Under the pieces are notes generated by a model. It had not been told where the DNA came from. It saw only the letters and a list, made by a program, of their open reading frames with translations, and made no database searches. 64,000 nucleotides of DNA from a virus: IMG/VR virus record IMGVR_UViG_3300032286_000925, positions 1-64,000 of that record. One strand, written 5' to 3'. Of the stretch, positions 1-9,746 are shown piece by piece. Position 1 is the first letter of the stretch. The number at the start of each line of letters is the position of its first letter. The translations under genes were made by a program, and so were the position numbers.

Positions 1-180
1 GTGTCTGCCCTTGCCTAGCCCTTGCCTAGCCCTTGCCTAGTGTCTGCCCTTGCCTAGCCCTTGCCTAGTGTCTGCCCTTGCCTAGCCCTTGCCTAGCCCT
101 TGCCTAGTGTCTGCCCTTGCCTAGCCCTTGCCTAGTGTCTGCCCTTGCCTAGCCCTTGCCTAGCCCTTGCCTAGTGTCTG
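1..180. repeat. Higher-order tandem repeat: 13 copies of CCCTTGCCTAG in groups of 3,2,3,2,3 separated by TGTCTG; truncated by the window start
   Basis: Read directly from the sequence; 67-bp super-period. Confidence 0.95.
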
Positions 181-258
181 CCTTAGCTGCCCTCTAAATA
201 GTGTCTAATTTGATAACAAAAGCGTTATAAACTTTATGAGATAAATACCTAAATGAAC

Positions 259-286
259 TTGACTAATCCCCAAAAAGTAGTAATCT
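259..286 (+). promoter_or_regulatory. Sigma70/SigA-type promoter for ORF 333..602
   Basis: TTGACT-16 nt-TAATCT upstream of a GAAAGG RBS. Confidence 0.55.
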
Positions 287-332
287 ATAAGTAGTTAGAT
301 AAAAGTCTAACTAAACAAATGAAAGGTAAAAA

Positions 333-602
333 ATGAGCAACAGCAAAAAGTTTGTAGTCAAGGACTACATCACATACACAGCAACAGGTTGTAAGGGTTT
401 AGGTTTTGCTTGTGAGTATGAGAACTGCCAGAACCAAGCAACAAGCGAACTATTGAACGACTCCACTCACGCCTTTATCCTAGCCCTATGCGACACCTGC
501 CTAAACTCTGTCCTAGAACTAATCCCAACCAGTCAATACAGAGAACAGGCTTGTTTCGATTGCTGTGCAGGTGCAACACCTTGTGGAGCAACAGGCGAAT
601 AG
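333..602 (+). CDS. Small Cys-rich hypothetical protein
   Basis: RBS GAAAGG, own promoter and terminator, several CxxC motifs. Confidence 0.7.
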   Translation: MSNSKKFVVKDYITYTATGCKGLGFACEYENCQNQATSELLNDSTHAFILALCDTCLNSVLELIPTSQYREQACFDCCAGATPCGATGE

Positions 603-613
603 CCTAAAAAATA

Positions 614-648
614 AATAACTCCCCTAGCAATAGGGGAGTTATTTTTTT
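614..648. terminator. Bidirectional intrinsic terminator
   Basis: AATAACTCCCCTA-GCAA-TAGGGGAGTTATT with A/T tracts, between convergent genes. Confidence 0.8.
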
Positions 649-686
649 ATGCCAACGGCTAAGCCTAACGGCTAGGCAACGGCTTA

Positions 687-2096
687 CTACCTAACTCTAA
701 AGATACTACCCCCACGCTTGCCATCACCATTACGACCAATGTCTATCTTGCGATTACCTAATGAACGAGCAGTAATCTTACCCCCACTAAATCCCATTGG
801 CGGCTTGATGAGCAGAGCAGTCATCGCGTGAACAAGAGCATCGACTCTATCAGGGGACTTACCCTCACCTGGAATCCAAGAATACATTTGACTTTCTAAG
901 TCTGCCAAGAATCCAACATGATGAACACGACCCTGTTCATAAGCAAGGGTTACTGGCTCAGCGCGAAGCGCTTTACCATGTTTAGAGTGAACCTCTAATA
1001 CCTTGATGTTAGGGTCGATAGCATTGATAGCATTGCGAACTAATGCCCCACCCTGATTCACTTCAGCAACTACAGGACAGCCCCATTTGCGAGCCATCTC
1101 AACAACCTTGTTAGCCCATGTTTCAGGGGAACCTAAGACAGATGCATCTTCAAGTACCCAAGCCTGTCTCTTGTATAAGTCTCTGTCTGCAGTAGCAGCA
1201 CAAACAACAATGCCACACTCATCACGAGGGTTCTCGGCTACTGACGGGTCGACACCAATGATACGAAGTGGAGTGCCTAAAGGCATACCTGACTCACGGC
1301 TTCTATCGATAAGCTCTTGAGTCCAGAGAGCGCCCTCGACATCATCGAGCATCTCTCCATAGAGTTCTTGAGCGGCTAGCCTGGTACCAGCATACACACC
1401 GGTTATAGCATCTAGATATGCACTAGATAGGTTGCCTGAGTTATCTAAAGTAGATCCTCTAGTGATCACTACGCGACCAGTCTTAGCTTCTTCAATGAGT
1501 TTATATAATAGTGGGACACGTTTTGGTGTAGTAGTGACTAGGATCCTAGGGTTACGTCCTAAACGAGTACCAACACGAAGGTTATCAAATGCAGTCATAC
1601 CGGCTGCATCAGGAGTCTGCCTCCAAGCGGCTACCTCGTCACCCCAGGCATGAGTGAACTGAGGACCACGAAGTGAGTCAGGCTCATCAGCTGTAAAGCA
1701 TGTAGCAGTATTACCATTAGGCCAGGTAAGTCTTCTTTTAGAGGGTTCATACAAAGGTCTCTCACTAGGGGGAGTAACATTCATGATCCCAGATTCACCT
1801 TCAACGATAACGTCACGCACATCGGCTGCTGTTCTAGCAACAAGAGCAAAACGACGTTGACCTTCAGTTGTATGCCTAGCTTGCTCCCTTACCCACTCGG
1901 CTGCTGTCCTGGTTTTACCAGCACCACGACCTGCTATATATGCCCAGATGGCCCAATCGCCTTCAGGAGCCTGCTGTTCAGGTCTTCCCCAAACAGACCA
2001 GTCCCACAGCAGTGTGTCTGGATCCATTCCGGCTAGGGCCAGAGCCTGCTCTTCAGGACTAAGAAGAGACAGCTGCTCCATCAGACTCTTGGCCAT
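687..2096 (-). CDS. terL: Terminase large subunit
   Basis: Walker A AGRGAGKT, LRGPQ..AWGDE Walker B, TTTP motif III, nuclease motifs IGVDP and SPDRVDA. Confidence 0.95.
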   Translation of the reverse strand: MAKSLMEQLSLLSPEEQALALAGMDPDTLLWDWSVWGRPEQQAPEGDWAIWAYIAGRGAGKTRTAAEWVREQARHTTEGQRRFALVARTAADVRDVIVEGESGIMNVTPPSERPLYEPSKRRLTWPNGNTATCFTADEPDSLRGPQFTHAWGDEVAAWRQTPDAAGMTAFDNLRVGTRLGRNPRILVTTTPKRVPLLYKLIEEAKTGRVVITRGSTLDNSGNLSSAYLDAITGVYAGTRLAAQELYGEMLDDVEGALWTQELIDRSRESGMPLGTPLRIIGVDPSVAENPRDECGIVVCAATADRDLYKRQAWVLEDASVLGSPETWANKVVEMARKWGCPVVAEVNQGGALVRNAINAIDPNIKVLEVHSKHGKALRAEPVTLAYEQGRVHHVGFLADLESQMYSWIPGEGKSPDRVDALVHAMTALLIKPPMGFSGGKITARSLGNRKIDIGRNGDGKRGGSIFRVR

Positions 2097-2602
2097 TAGT
2101 CAACTAACTGAACGTTAGGATCACCATCAAAGATTGCCTCAGCGGTTATCCTATCCATGTGCCCACTAATGGTTAAACCACGATCTCTCTGAAACTTAGC
2201 AACGGCTACAGAAGTAAGGTCTCCATATGATCCAGGACGATCACGGGTTCCCTCTGAGTAACCAAGCTCTCCCAGCCTGCGCTGTAAGTGGTAGACACTA
2301 AGAGACTTAGTCTGATTGTTTTGCTTAAACACCAAAGCTGATATCAATACATCATCACGCTCTCCAAAACCAACGACGGCTGGGCCAGCAGGCTCAGGCA
2401 TAGCTTCTCGAACGGCTTCAATGTCTACTTTTTGTGGTATTCCTCTAATCACCTCAGAGGCTAATTTAGGTGTTATTGGAGGAACAGGTGTAGCTTCTAG
2501 TGTAGAGTCGTTGACGTTAGTAAGGTTAGAATCTACAACATCTTCAACGGCTTCAGGAGTGTTTAGTTCTTCTGGAGTTGGGGTTAGATCTTGATTGTCC
2601 AT
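2096..2602 (-). CDS. Peptidoglycan-binding domain protein
   Basis: C-terminal LQRRL..LGY..G.YG..T..AV.KFQ..RGL..SG motif (PG_binding_1-like). Confidence 0.75.
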   Translation of the reverse strand: MDNQDLTPTPEELNTPEAVEDVVDSNLTNVNDSTLEATPVPPITPKLASEVIRGIPQKVDIEAVREAMPEPAGPAVVGFGERDDVLISALVFKQNNQTKSLSVYHLQRRLGELGYSEGTRDRPGSYGDLTSVAVAKFQRDRGLTISGHMDRITAEAIFDGDPNVQLVD

Positions 2603-2792
2603 ATTAATATCCTATCGGTTAGGCTCGCTGAGCGAGGAGAGAAGAAACAACCGCGGACAATCCTAATGCTAGAATCAAACCGAGGTTAGCTGGGGAAACG
2701 ATAGCGACAATGATGTCAACTACCGCAAGGGCAACAGCAATAACAGCTGGCCAAACAATATCTTTTAATCTAAGGAACCAAAGGGGCATGTC

Positions 2793-3029
2793 TTACTTTC
2801 TTTTTGTAGGGGTTGGGATAGGGCCATAGCTGTCTTCAAGATTCTTAGGTGCAACTACGCCAAGTAACGGTTGGGGATCAGTATCATCCCCGCTGTCTAG
2901 ATGTTCGATATGACCATAATCATTTTGATGCAAGAGCAGGTATAGCCAGTATGCGAATAATAGCCCAAATACAGCTACCACGGCTAACACGGCTACCAAG
3001 CCAAGTATCCAAATTATAAAATCAAACAT
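2793..3029 (-). CDS. Small membrane protein
   Basis: N-terminal hydrophobic helix; GGAG RBS. Confidence 0.6.
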   Translation of the reverse strand: MFDFIIWILGLVAVLAVVAVFGLLFAYWLYLLLHQNDYGHIEHLDSGDDTDPQPLLGVVAPKNLEDSYGPIPTPTKRK

Positions 3030-3151
3030 ATAAGTCTCCGTACTTATGTAATTTAAATCCTACCATAATTAGCAGTAGATAATAAAAGAAACCCCCCGGT
3101 TTCCCGGGGGGCTCTTGTAAAGACATGTAAGCAGCTTACAGCTGTTCCACC

Positions 3152-3724
3152 TTAACTTGCCTGTCTAATAACACGAACGTAACGGATTTGACTATGCTTA
3201 TAGTTAGTCAACGGTTCAATAATAGTTGTTCCTGATCCGTAGTTAGCATTAATGATTTTACCATTGCCGATATATATTCCGGAATGGTAGAAGCTGGTAG
3301 ATCCATTGTATGCAAATACAACGATATCCCCAACGTTAGGGTTAGATACTCGGCTACCCAGATGGGCTTGTTTATTAGCAGAGTGTGGGAGGGTTATACC
3401 GAACTGTTTATAAGTCCAGCGAACCATCCCAGAACAGTCCCACCCCCTCGTTGACGAGCCAGAGAAAACATAAGATGTTCTTCCGACGCGTGTCTTGAGG
3501 TACTTGACTAGCAGAGTCATTCGTGCATAGTTTCTAATCTCTTTTGAGTTAGATGTTTTTTGCATGAACTTTAGTTCTGCTGTAGTTGACAGCTTTGGTT
3601 TTACAATAGCCGTAGATGTTTCTGCTGTTTTCGCTACTTGATTTTTAGATGCAATAGCTGCAGAAGCTGAGCATCCAGCAACGGTTAATACCATTGCTAC
3701 TAGTAATGTTGCGAACTTTTTCAT
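3152..3724 (-). CDS. Secreted NlpC/P60 cell-wall hydrolase
   Basis: Signal peptide; YVFSG..GWDCSG and HSGIYIG catalytic motifs. Confidence 0.92.
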   Translation of the reverse strand: MKKFATLLVAMVLTVAGCSASAAIASKNQVAKTAETSTAIVKPKLSTTAELKFMQKTSNSKEIRNYARMTLLVKYLKTRVGRTSYVFSGSSTRGWDCSGMVRWTYKQFGITLPHSANKQAHLGSRVSNPNVGDIVVFAYNGSTSFYHSGIYIGNGKIINANYGSGTTIIEPLTNYKHSQIRYVRVIRQAS

Positions 3725-3869
3725 TGGCGACCTACCTTTCCTGTTATGAATTGAGTTAGTACTCGGTCGTTATTGGTTGGGTTCTCCCATATACCTGCCG
3801 GTGCAGGTATCCCATAATTTTACACCATTACGGGTGCTTTTTGTCAAATCAAGAGCAGTTTTGTACGAA

Positions 3870-4100
3870 TTACATACCTAAGCCAATAGCAACAGCTTGC
3901 TTAAACCGCATAAAATCGGGCATGTCGGCTAGGCTAATCTTAGATCCTAAAGAGTTAATATCCATATTTAAGGTTATTAAGGTGTTTTGAGAATCGGTGG
4001 TTGGGTCATATTTACCTACCACATATAGGTCATATAGGTTCATTATGTTTGTATAAGCTTCAGTCTCATCGGTGGTTAGCCCACTTGGTATTTGGTGCAT
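3870..4100 (-). CDS. Hypothetical protein
   Basis: AAGGAG RBS; ORF track. Confidence 0.65.
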   Translation of the reverse strand: MHQIPSGLTTDETEAYTNIMNLYDLYVVGKYDPTTDSQNTLITLNMDINSLGSKISLADMPDFMRFKQAVAIGLGM

Positions 4101-4277
4101 GGTTCTCCTTAGTTATATTCTATTGTACCGCACTTTTCCTACAACTCTTAACATATAAGAAACCGCGTAGCGGCATTTAGCTGAGCGAAGCGAAGCAATT
4201 GTGCAAGACGGCGAAGCCGGCTTGCCAGCTGCGAAGCAGCGAATTCTGATTTTTATTAATTGTTTTACGCACCTAAA

Positions 4278-4297
4278 CCCTAGCCTTTCGGCTAGGG
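4278..4297 (-). terminator. Cassette terminator hairpin (representative; related hairpins lie beside most repeat copies)
   Basis: CCCTAGCC-GAAA-GGCTAGGG on the minus strand just after a stop codon; near-identical at 6419 and 10944; CCCTGCC-GAAA-GGCAGGG variants near 6847, 7910, 8444, 9183 and 9719. Confidence 0.8.
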
Positions 4298-4310
4298 CTA
4301 GGCTGACTAA

Positions 4311-4532
4311 CTAATCTCTAAGTGCTCTCAAAGCCCAGATGAAACTAGCAAGGATTAGGGTGATTAGGACACAAGTTACGCCATACCAAGCGGTGTATTG
4401 TTCTAGGGCATAGGTGTTCTCGTATACTTGCCACTCGTAGTCGTATCGCTTTACAAGCATTATAGAGATTATGGCAGACATTCCAAGAGATAAGAATAGT
4501 GCTACACGGGTGATGAATAGTGAAAGGTTCAT
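4311..4532 (-). CDS. Two-TM membrane protein, paralog of 6038..6259
   Basis: AGGAG RBS; clearly similar to 6038..6259. Confidence 0.85.
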   Translation of the reverse strand: MNLSLFITRVALFLSLGMSAIISIMLVKRYDYEWQVYENTYALEQYTAWYGVTCVLITLILASFIWALRALRD

Positions 4533-4585
4533 TGGAACTCCTGATAGTAGTTAGGTGATGCTAGGCAGAGGTTTCCACCTAAGAC

Positions 4586-4614
4586 AAGTATGGCAGTTGT
4601 TAGAAAGTAAGTCA
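4586..4614 (-). promoter_or_regulatory. Cassette promoter (representative)
   Basis: TTGACT-17 nt (ending TGC)-CATACT; an equivalent TTGAC lies about 20 bp from nearly every repeat copy. Confidence 0.8.
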
Positions 4615-4725
4615 AACTTAGAAATACGGCGGCGTTTTATTTTTTAATTGCGAACCTAATTCTGATCTATTAATTGTTTTACCGTGCCTAACCCCTAACC
4701 TTTCGGCTAGGGGCTAGGTTAGGGA

Positions 4726-4950
4726 TTACTTGCGTTTCCAAATAATCGGTGCTAAGGCAAAGAATAGGCTGGCAACTCCACCTATCCATAAGCCGTCTAG
4801 GGCAACGCCTAACGCTGTGTTTGTCGGCTCTGCTCCATTGGCAACCAATAGGGCATAGATTAGGACATAAACCGCGGCTATTGCTGGCGTAAGGATTATG
4901 CTGGCAAGTAGTCGGCGAGCAACTACAACTGATTTTCTTGGTTGGTTCAT
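4726..4950 (-). CDS. Two-TM membrane protein
   Basis: AAGGAG RBS; hydrophobic segments. Confidence 0.75.
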   Translation of the reverse strand: MNQPRKSVVVARRLLASIILTPAIAAVYVLIYALLVANGAEPTNTALGVALDGLWIGGVASLFFALAPIIWKRK

Positions 4951-5031
4951 TTTTGTTCTCCTTGTTATCGGTGTTGCTGGTTGGGGGTTGCCTAACCCTG
5001 CCTATTGCTAGACAGGGCTAGGCTGTAAAAC

Positions 5032-5253
5032 TTAGTTGCTCTTGTTCTCTGGTAGTTCTGTCCACCTAGTCCAAGTTTTAGGCAACTCTCCTAAGTTCAC
5101 TGCTGTTTCACCGTGTCCTAGACAAGTGAACATTTCAGGGTCGGTTAGTGAACTCCACAAGACGCTATCGGCTGACTTATCGCAAGACAAGACATCGCAA
5201 CGGTGTCTGGTTGTTGTGGTTAGTTTTGTTGTAAATAACTCCATAGTAATCAC
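5032..5253 (-). CDS. Small Cys/His-containing hypothetical protein
   Basis: Cassette position; AGGTG RBS; true start may be the internal Met. Confidence 0.65.
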   Translation of the reverse strand: MITMELFTTKLTTTTRHRCDVLSCDKSADSVLWSSLTDPEMFTCLGHGETAVNLGELPKTWTRWTELPENKSN

Positions 5254-5668
5254 CTACTTTCTACGGGCATACCCGTAGTTCTAGTTTGCCAGAGTATAAG
5301 ACATAAGTCAAACACCTAGCCGTGCGGCGTTTTATTTTTTAATTGCGAACCTAATTCTGATCTATTAATTGTTTTACGGCACTAACCCCTAACCTTTCGG
5401 CTAGGGGCTAGGGCTGCTTAGGGCTTAGTTCCAAACTTCCAAAACTTTTTTCTAATCCAAAAAGTCCCGTGTGTTCGGCAGAACACCTTGTGCTTACAAG
5501 GAACTAAAACTAAAGTTCCGTTGTCTTTTGGCTCTTTGACTAGTCCCCTTGCGAATAGTTCGGCTTGCTCGGCATCGCCTTTTTGCTCTATAAACATAGT
5601 TCTCCTTGTTATCGGTGTTGCTGGTTGGGGGTTGCCTAACCCTGCCTTTCGGCAGGGCTAGGCTGGGA

Positions 5669-5851
5669 TTAGTCCTCTATTGGTGTAGTTATACAAGGAC
5701 AGTTTACGCTAGTGCCTTTACAACAAGGGCAGTCTTTATTGTCCTTACGCCACATAAGGTCGTCCATACACTTCAAGCAAGGCCAGTCGGTAGTTGAGAT
5801 ACAACCTCCAAGTTTGGAACAAACAGTTTCGTCATACTTACAACAGGGCAT
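5669..5851 (-). CDS. Small Cys-rich protein
   Basis: AGGAG RBS; about 10 Cys in 60 aa. Confidence 0.65.
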   Translation of the reverse strand: MPCCKYDETVCSKLGGCISTTDWPCLKCMDDLMWRKDNKDCPCCKGTSVNCPCITTPIED

Positions 5852-6037
5852 AACAACTCCTAGTTAGTTTTGGTATCAGGATTTTCCCTGACGGGTTCAG
5901 TCTTTCACACTTCAGCGTAAGGGTCAAGTCTAGGTGGTGAGCAATGGTTATATATCCAATTGCGAACCTAATTCTGATCTATTAATTGTTTTACGCCACT
6001 AACCCCTAACCTTTCGGCTAGGGGCTAGGCTGACTAA

Positions 6038-6259
6038 CTAATCTCTAAACGCTGTCCAAATCCAAGCGAAACTGGCAATGGCTAGGGTGATTAGAACCCA
6101 AGAAACGGCAGTCCAAGTTGTGTAGTGGTCTAGGGCATAGGTGCTGTTATAGATGTCCCATTGGTATTCGTATTCCTTAGCAAGTTTTAGTGAGATTACG
6201 GCAGACAAGCAGATAGAGACGAATAGTGCTGAACGGGTGATGATAAGTGATAGGTTCAT
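6038..6259 (-). CDS. Two-TM membrane protein, paralog of 4311..4532
   Basis: Both begin MNLSL.ITR.ALF and end RD. Confidence 0.85.
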   Translation of the reverse strand: MNLSLIITRSALFVSICLSAVISLKLAKEYEYQWDIYNSTYALDHYTTWTAVSWVLITLAIASFAWIWTAFRD

Positions 6260-6449
6260 TAGAACTCCTACTAGTAGTTAGGTGGTGCTTGGATAGATAC
6301 GCTATCCAATACAATTATGGCATAGTCGTAAGTGATTAGTCAAATAGGAATGCCGAGCAGCTTTATATTTTTAATTGAGCTTCTAATTCTGATCTATTAA
6401 TTGTTTTACGCGCCTAAACCCTAGCCTTTCGGCTAGGGCTAGGCTGGGA

Positions 6450-6719
6450 TTAGAACGGAACTGATAGTCCTAACCTGCCTTGTAGTTTCTCCACTTCCTT
6501 TTTGAGTAAGTGTAGTTCTAGGCTGTTGTATGGTTGTAGGGCATAGTTGTTTATCAACTCGCCGCAGTCGTGGCAAGCAAACCCTTTCAACACAGGTTCG
6601 CCATTTGGGTATCTAATGCTAAGTCCGTAGGCATTGGCAGACAACTCTCCACTTGGGTTTCCACAGGAACAGAACACTAGGTTCATTTGGTATGGTGCTA
6701 GTTCAGTCATAGTAATCAC
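6450..6719 (-). CDS. Zn-finger-like hypothetical protein
   Basis: CSCG...CHDC; AAGGAG RBS. Confidence 0.7.
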   Translation of the reverse strand: MITMTELAPYQMNLVFCSCGNPSGELSANAYGLSIRYPNGEPVLKGFACHDCGELINNYALQPYNSLELHLLKKEVEKLQGRLGLSVPF

Positions 6720-6882
6720 TCTCCTTATTAGACTTCACAGGTCTATTCTTTCAGTTTATCGGTGCTAAGTCAAACACCTAGCGCGGCGCGTTTATTTTTT
6801 AATTGCGAACCTAATTCTGATTTTATTAATTGTTTTACGGCACTAACCCTGCCTTTCGGCAGGGCTAGGCTCTCGGTGGTGA

Positions 6883-7113
6883 TTACTTCCAAGCACCGAT
6901 AACTTTCATCAACTCGTTTGGAGTGGTCTTGAGTTCTCGGCAGAGTGTCGCCATCATTCCTGACGGGATTTGACGCTCTAGGTGGAAATAACGGCTAAGG
7001 CTGGACTTCTGTAAGCCTGTAGCGATAGCGAACTGATTTAGGGACTTGTAGCCTAGTTTGGTGTATCTTGCGACAAACCAATTCCAAGCCGTAGCGATTT
7101 GAGTTTTACTCAT
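6883..7113 (-). CDS. XRE/Cro-family helix-turn-helix regulator
   Basis: SLNQFAIATGLQKSSLSRYF..ERQIP...LCREL pattern. Confidence 0.85.
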   Translation of the reverse strand: MSKTQIATAWNWFVARYTKLGYKSLNQFAIATGLQKSSLSRYFHLERQIPSGMMATLCRELKTTPNELMKVIGAWK

Positions 7114-7348
7114 TTTGCTCCTTGATTAGTGGATAGGTTGGGGGCTGAGTGGTTAGGCAAGGCTTCGCAACTGAGCCTAACCACTCACGCTATTTAGTTG
7201 TGGGTCTAGTATTTCAGGTAATCGGTGATTAGTCAAATAGCAAGTAAGGCGGCGCGTTTATTTTTTAATTGCGAACCTAATTCTGCTTTTATTAATTGTT
7301 TTACGCCAAAAGCCTAACCCTTTCGGGCTAGGCTCTCGGCACTATGGG

Positions 7349-7696
7349 TTAGAACTCGTTAGCCATTTGAGCCATAAACTCTATGGCTCTAGCGTAGTTC
7401 TCATCAAGGGACAAGGTTTCTCCCCTTGCGTTTGAGCCACCTGTGAAGACGACAGTTCCAACGATAGGGCTAGACGCTCCTAGCATTTCGTAGAAACGAG
7501 TTGCTACCTTGTTGAGTGGTAGCCCCTTGTGTAGCCCTTCATCATCTACCCAGAAATCTAGGGCAGGCTGAATGGTTACGTGGTCAAACCAGTTACCGAT
7601 AGCTGATTTGATAGCGTCTGAAATCTCCACTTCTGGAACTTCAATTCGCTCGGTGGTGTTGTCTGGGCGGACAACTAAAGCGTGAATAGTGTTCAC
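7349..7696 (-). CDS. DUF3846-like protein
   Basis: FWVDDEGL.KGLPLN..AT...IVGTVVFTG; start moved to the GTG after the AAGGA RBS. Confidence 0.75.
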   Translation of the reverse strand: MNTIHALVVRPDNTTERIEVPEVEISDAIKSAIGNWFDHVTIQPALDFWVDDEGLHKGLPLNKVATRFYEMLGASSPIVGTVVFTGGSNARGETLSLDENYARAIEFMAQMANEF

Positions 7697-7939
7697 GGCA
7701 GTTTCCTTACTACTAGTAGTTTGGCGTTGCTCTGCGGCACTGGCACCCAGCACTCTTACCGAAACAAGACAGAGCAACGCATCAGGGTATTCCCTGACGG
7801 GTTCAGTCTTTCACATTATCGGTGCTAAGTCAAGCACCTAAGTATGCGTGGCGTTTTGTTTTTAATTGAGCTTCTAATTCTGATTTTATTAATTGTTTTA
7901 CGGCACTAACCCTGCCTTTCGGCAGGGCTAGGGCTAAGG

Positions 7940-8209
7940 TTAGAAGGCTTTGATAGCCTCGCCAAGAGTTCCAAACTCTAGGAACTCACTCAGTTCTTTA
8001 ATTCCGTCTGGTGTTGCTAGTCGGATTGTATAGCGTGAGCAACTTCGGTCAGCAACGTGTTCGCTGGTTATGAACTTCCAGCCGTTCTCGTGGGGGGTCA
8101 GAGTTTCCCAATAGACTTCAGAGTTCCAGAATTTCATCGTGGTTTCACTAAACCAATTTTGATTGTTCTTGATGATTTCCTGCCACTCTTGGCTTTCTTT
8201 GTTTGTCAT
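7940..8209 (-). CDS. Conserved phage hypothetical protein
   Basis: WFS..TMKFWNS and FITSE motifs; start moved to the ATG after AGGAG. Confidence 0.75.
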   Translation of the reverse strand: MTNKESQEWQEIIKNNQNWFSETTMKFWNSEVYWETLTPHENGWKFITSEHVADRSCSRYTIRLATPDGIKELSEFLEFGTLGEAIKAF

Positions 8210-8580
8210 TTTTCTCCTAGTCGGTAGTCGCAAAGTGAGCAGTAATCAACTGCTAGCAAGGTCTTTCCTGCTCACTTCGCTAAGGCTTATGTTTCTCGAA
8301 CCAGCAACCTTTGCTGGATTTCACCCTGCTCCAAGTATTTCATACTTACGGCACTTAGTCAAGCCGTAGGTGTGGCGGCGTGTTTTGTTTTTTAATTGAG
8401 CTCTTAATTCTGCTTTTATTAATTGTTTTACGCAAGGCAACAACCCTGCCTTTCGGCAGGGCTGTCGCTTTTACTACTCAACGGTGCAGATACAGTTTGA
8501 GCCAAGTCCGTCACAACAAATACAGACTAACTGGTCAAGTTCGGCAATCTCACCTATGCCATCACAGACTGTGCAGTTGC

Positions 8581-9030
8581 TCACAAGCGTTGCCAATCTT
8601 CAATTTCCTCTTCGGTGGCTTTCCTAAAGGTGAAGATGCCTGTGCCTGTAGGCTCATCGTGGCTCCATCGCTGTGCAGTCATAGTCTTGTCGCTATCGTA
8701 GGTGATTTTGAGTGTCCAGTCACCATCGAATGTAAGCGTCTTCAAGATACTCTTGAAGTCCGCCTTGCTAAGTGTGTAGCCATCGACATTTCGCCAAGAT
8801 ACTCTGTTTGCATTTATTACAATGTAGTCCTGGTCGGCAATGTCATTAGCAATTTGCCAAGGGTGGATAATGTCATACTCGGTGTTGCTCTGGTCATCTT
8901 GCCAGCAACCATCGCAATACTCAGATGGGACTGGATTACCATTATCGTCTAACACTTCACTGTCTGTTTCACTGTCATAGACAGTGCAACGGCAGTTGCT
9001 AGACAACTCATAAACAATGTCTTCAGACAT
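8581..9030 (-). CDS. Hypothetical protein (SHDEPTG motif)
   Basis: AGGAG RBS; cassette position. Confidence 0.8.
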   Translation of the reverse strand: MSEDIVYELSSNCRCTVYDSETDSEVLDDNGNPVPSEYCDGCWQDDQSNTEYDIIHPWQIANDIADQDYIVINANRVSWRNVDGYTLSKADFKSILKTLTFDGDWTLKITYDSDKTMTAQRWSHDEPTGTGIFTFRKATEEEIEDWQRL

Positions 9031-9217
9031 AATTTACTCCTAGTTTAGGGTTTAGTGTAGAGGGTTCTCTACACTCTCAGTCTGCCATAGATAGCCGTAG
9101 TAGTCAAACTATCGGAGCTGCGGCGCGTTTACTTTTTAATTGAGCTTCTAATTCTGATCTATTAATTGTTTTAGGGCACTAACCCTGCCTTTCGGCAGGG
9201 CTAGGCTGGTGGAGATA

Positions 9218-9523
9218 CTAACTCTCTCTACCGCTGCCACCACAGGACACACAACGCTGTTCGTATCTGTCCTCGCCAACTCCATTACAACTTGAGCAGT
9301 GGTCGGGGTCTTCGTTTCCGTCTGGCTGGTCTGGGGCTGGCAACTCAACTTCGTCAAACTCGGCGTGCCAAAGTTCGTCTGGTATTGACCAAATAGTTGT
9401 CAATTCCATTAGTCTTGTCCGTAGTAGCGATAAGACTTGTTCTTTTGCGTCTTCAAGCCAAGTATCGTCATCGGTGATGTCTTCAATTACAGTCTTGTAG
9501 GACTTGATTACTTCTTCTAGCAT
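9218..9523 (-). CDS. Hypothetical protein with C-terminal CxxCxGxG zinc finger
   Basis: CSSCNGVG...CVSCGGSG; start corrected to the ATG after AGGAG. Confidence 0.75.
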   Translation of the reverse strand: MLEEVIKSYKTVIEDITDDDTWLEDAKEQVLSLLRTRLMELTTIWSIPDELWHAEFDEVELPAPDQPDGNEDPDHCSSCNGVGEDRYEQRCVSCGGSGRES

Positions 9524-9746
9524 TTCTCTCCTAGTAGTTAGTGGGTGAGGTGAGAGGGTAAGCAGGACAACTAAGGTATGAAACACAATTATTTCGCTTA
9601 CCCTCTCGGGTCTAGTCTTTCATACTTCACCGTAGTAGTCAAATACCTAAGGTGTCGCGGCGTTTTATTTTTTAATTGAGCTTCTAATTCTGCTTTATTA
9701 ATTGTTTTACACCACCAACCCTGCCTTTCGGCAGGGCTGGCAGTGC

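Noticed and set aside
8380-8952. ORFs crossing the repeat (e.g. 8380..8952, 9148..9357, 9598..9801, 11936..12118, 14126..14329, 19327..19593) that share LLILLLLIVL or KTIN.SELEAQLK peptides
   Set aside because: These are translations of the non-coding repeat or antisense shadows of real minus-strand genes, and they have no RBS.
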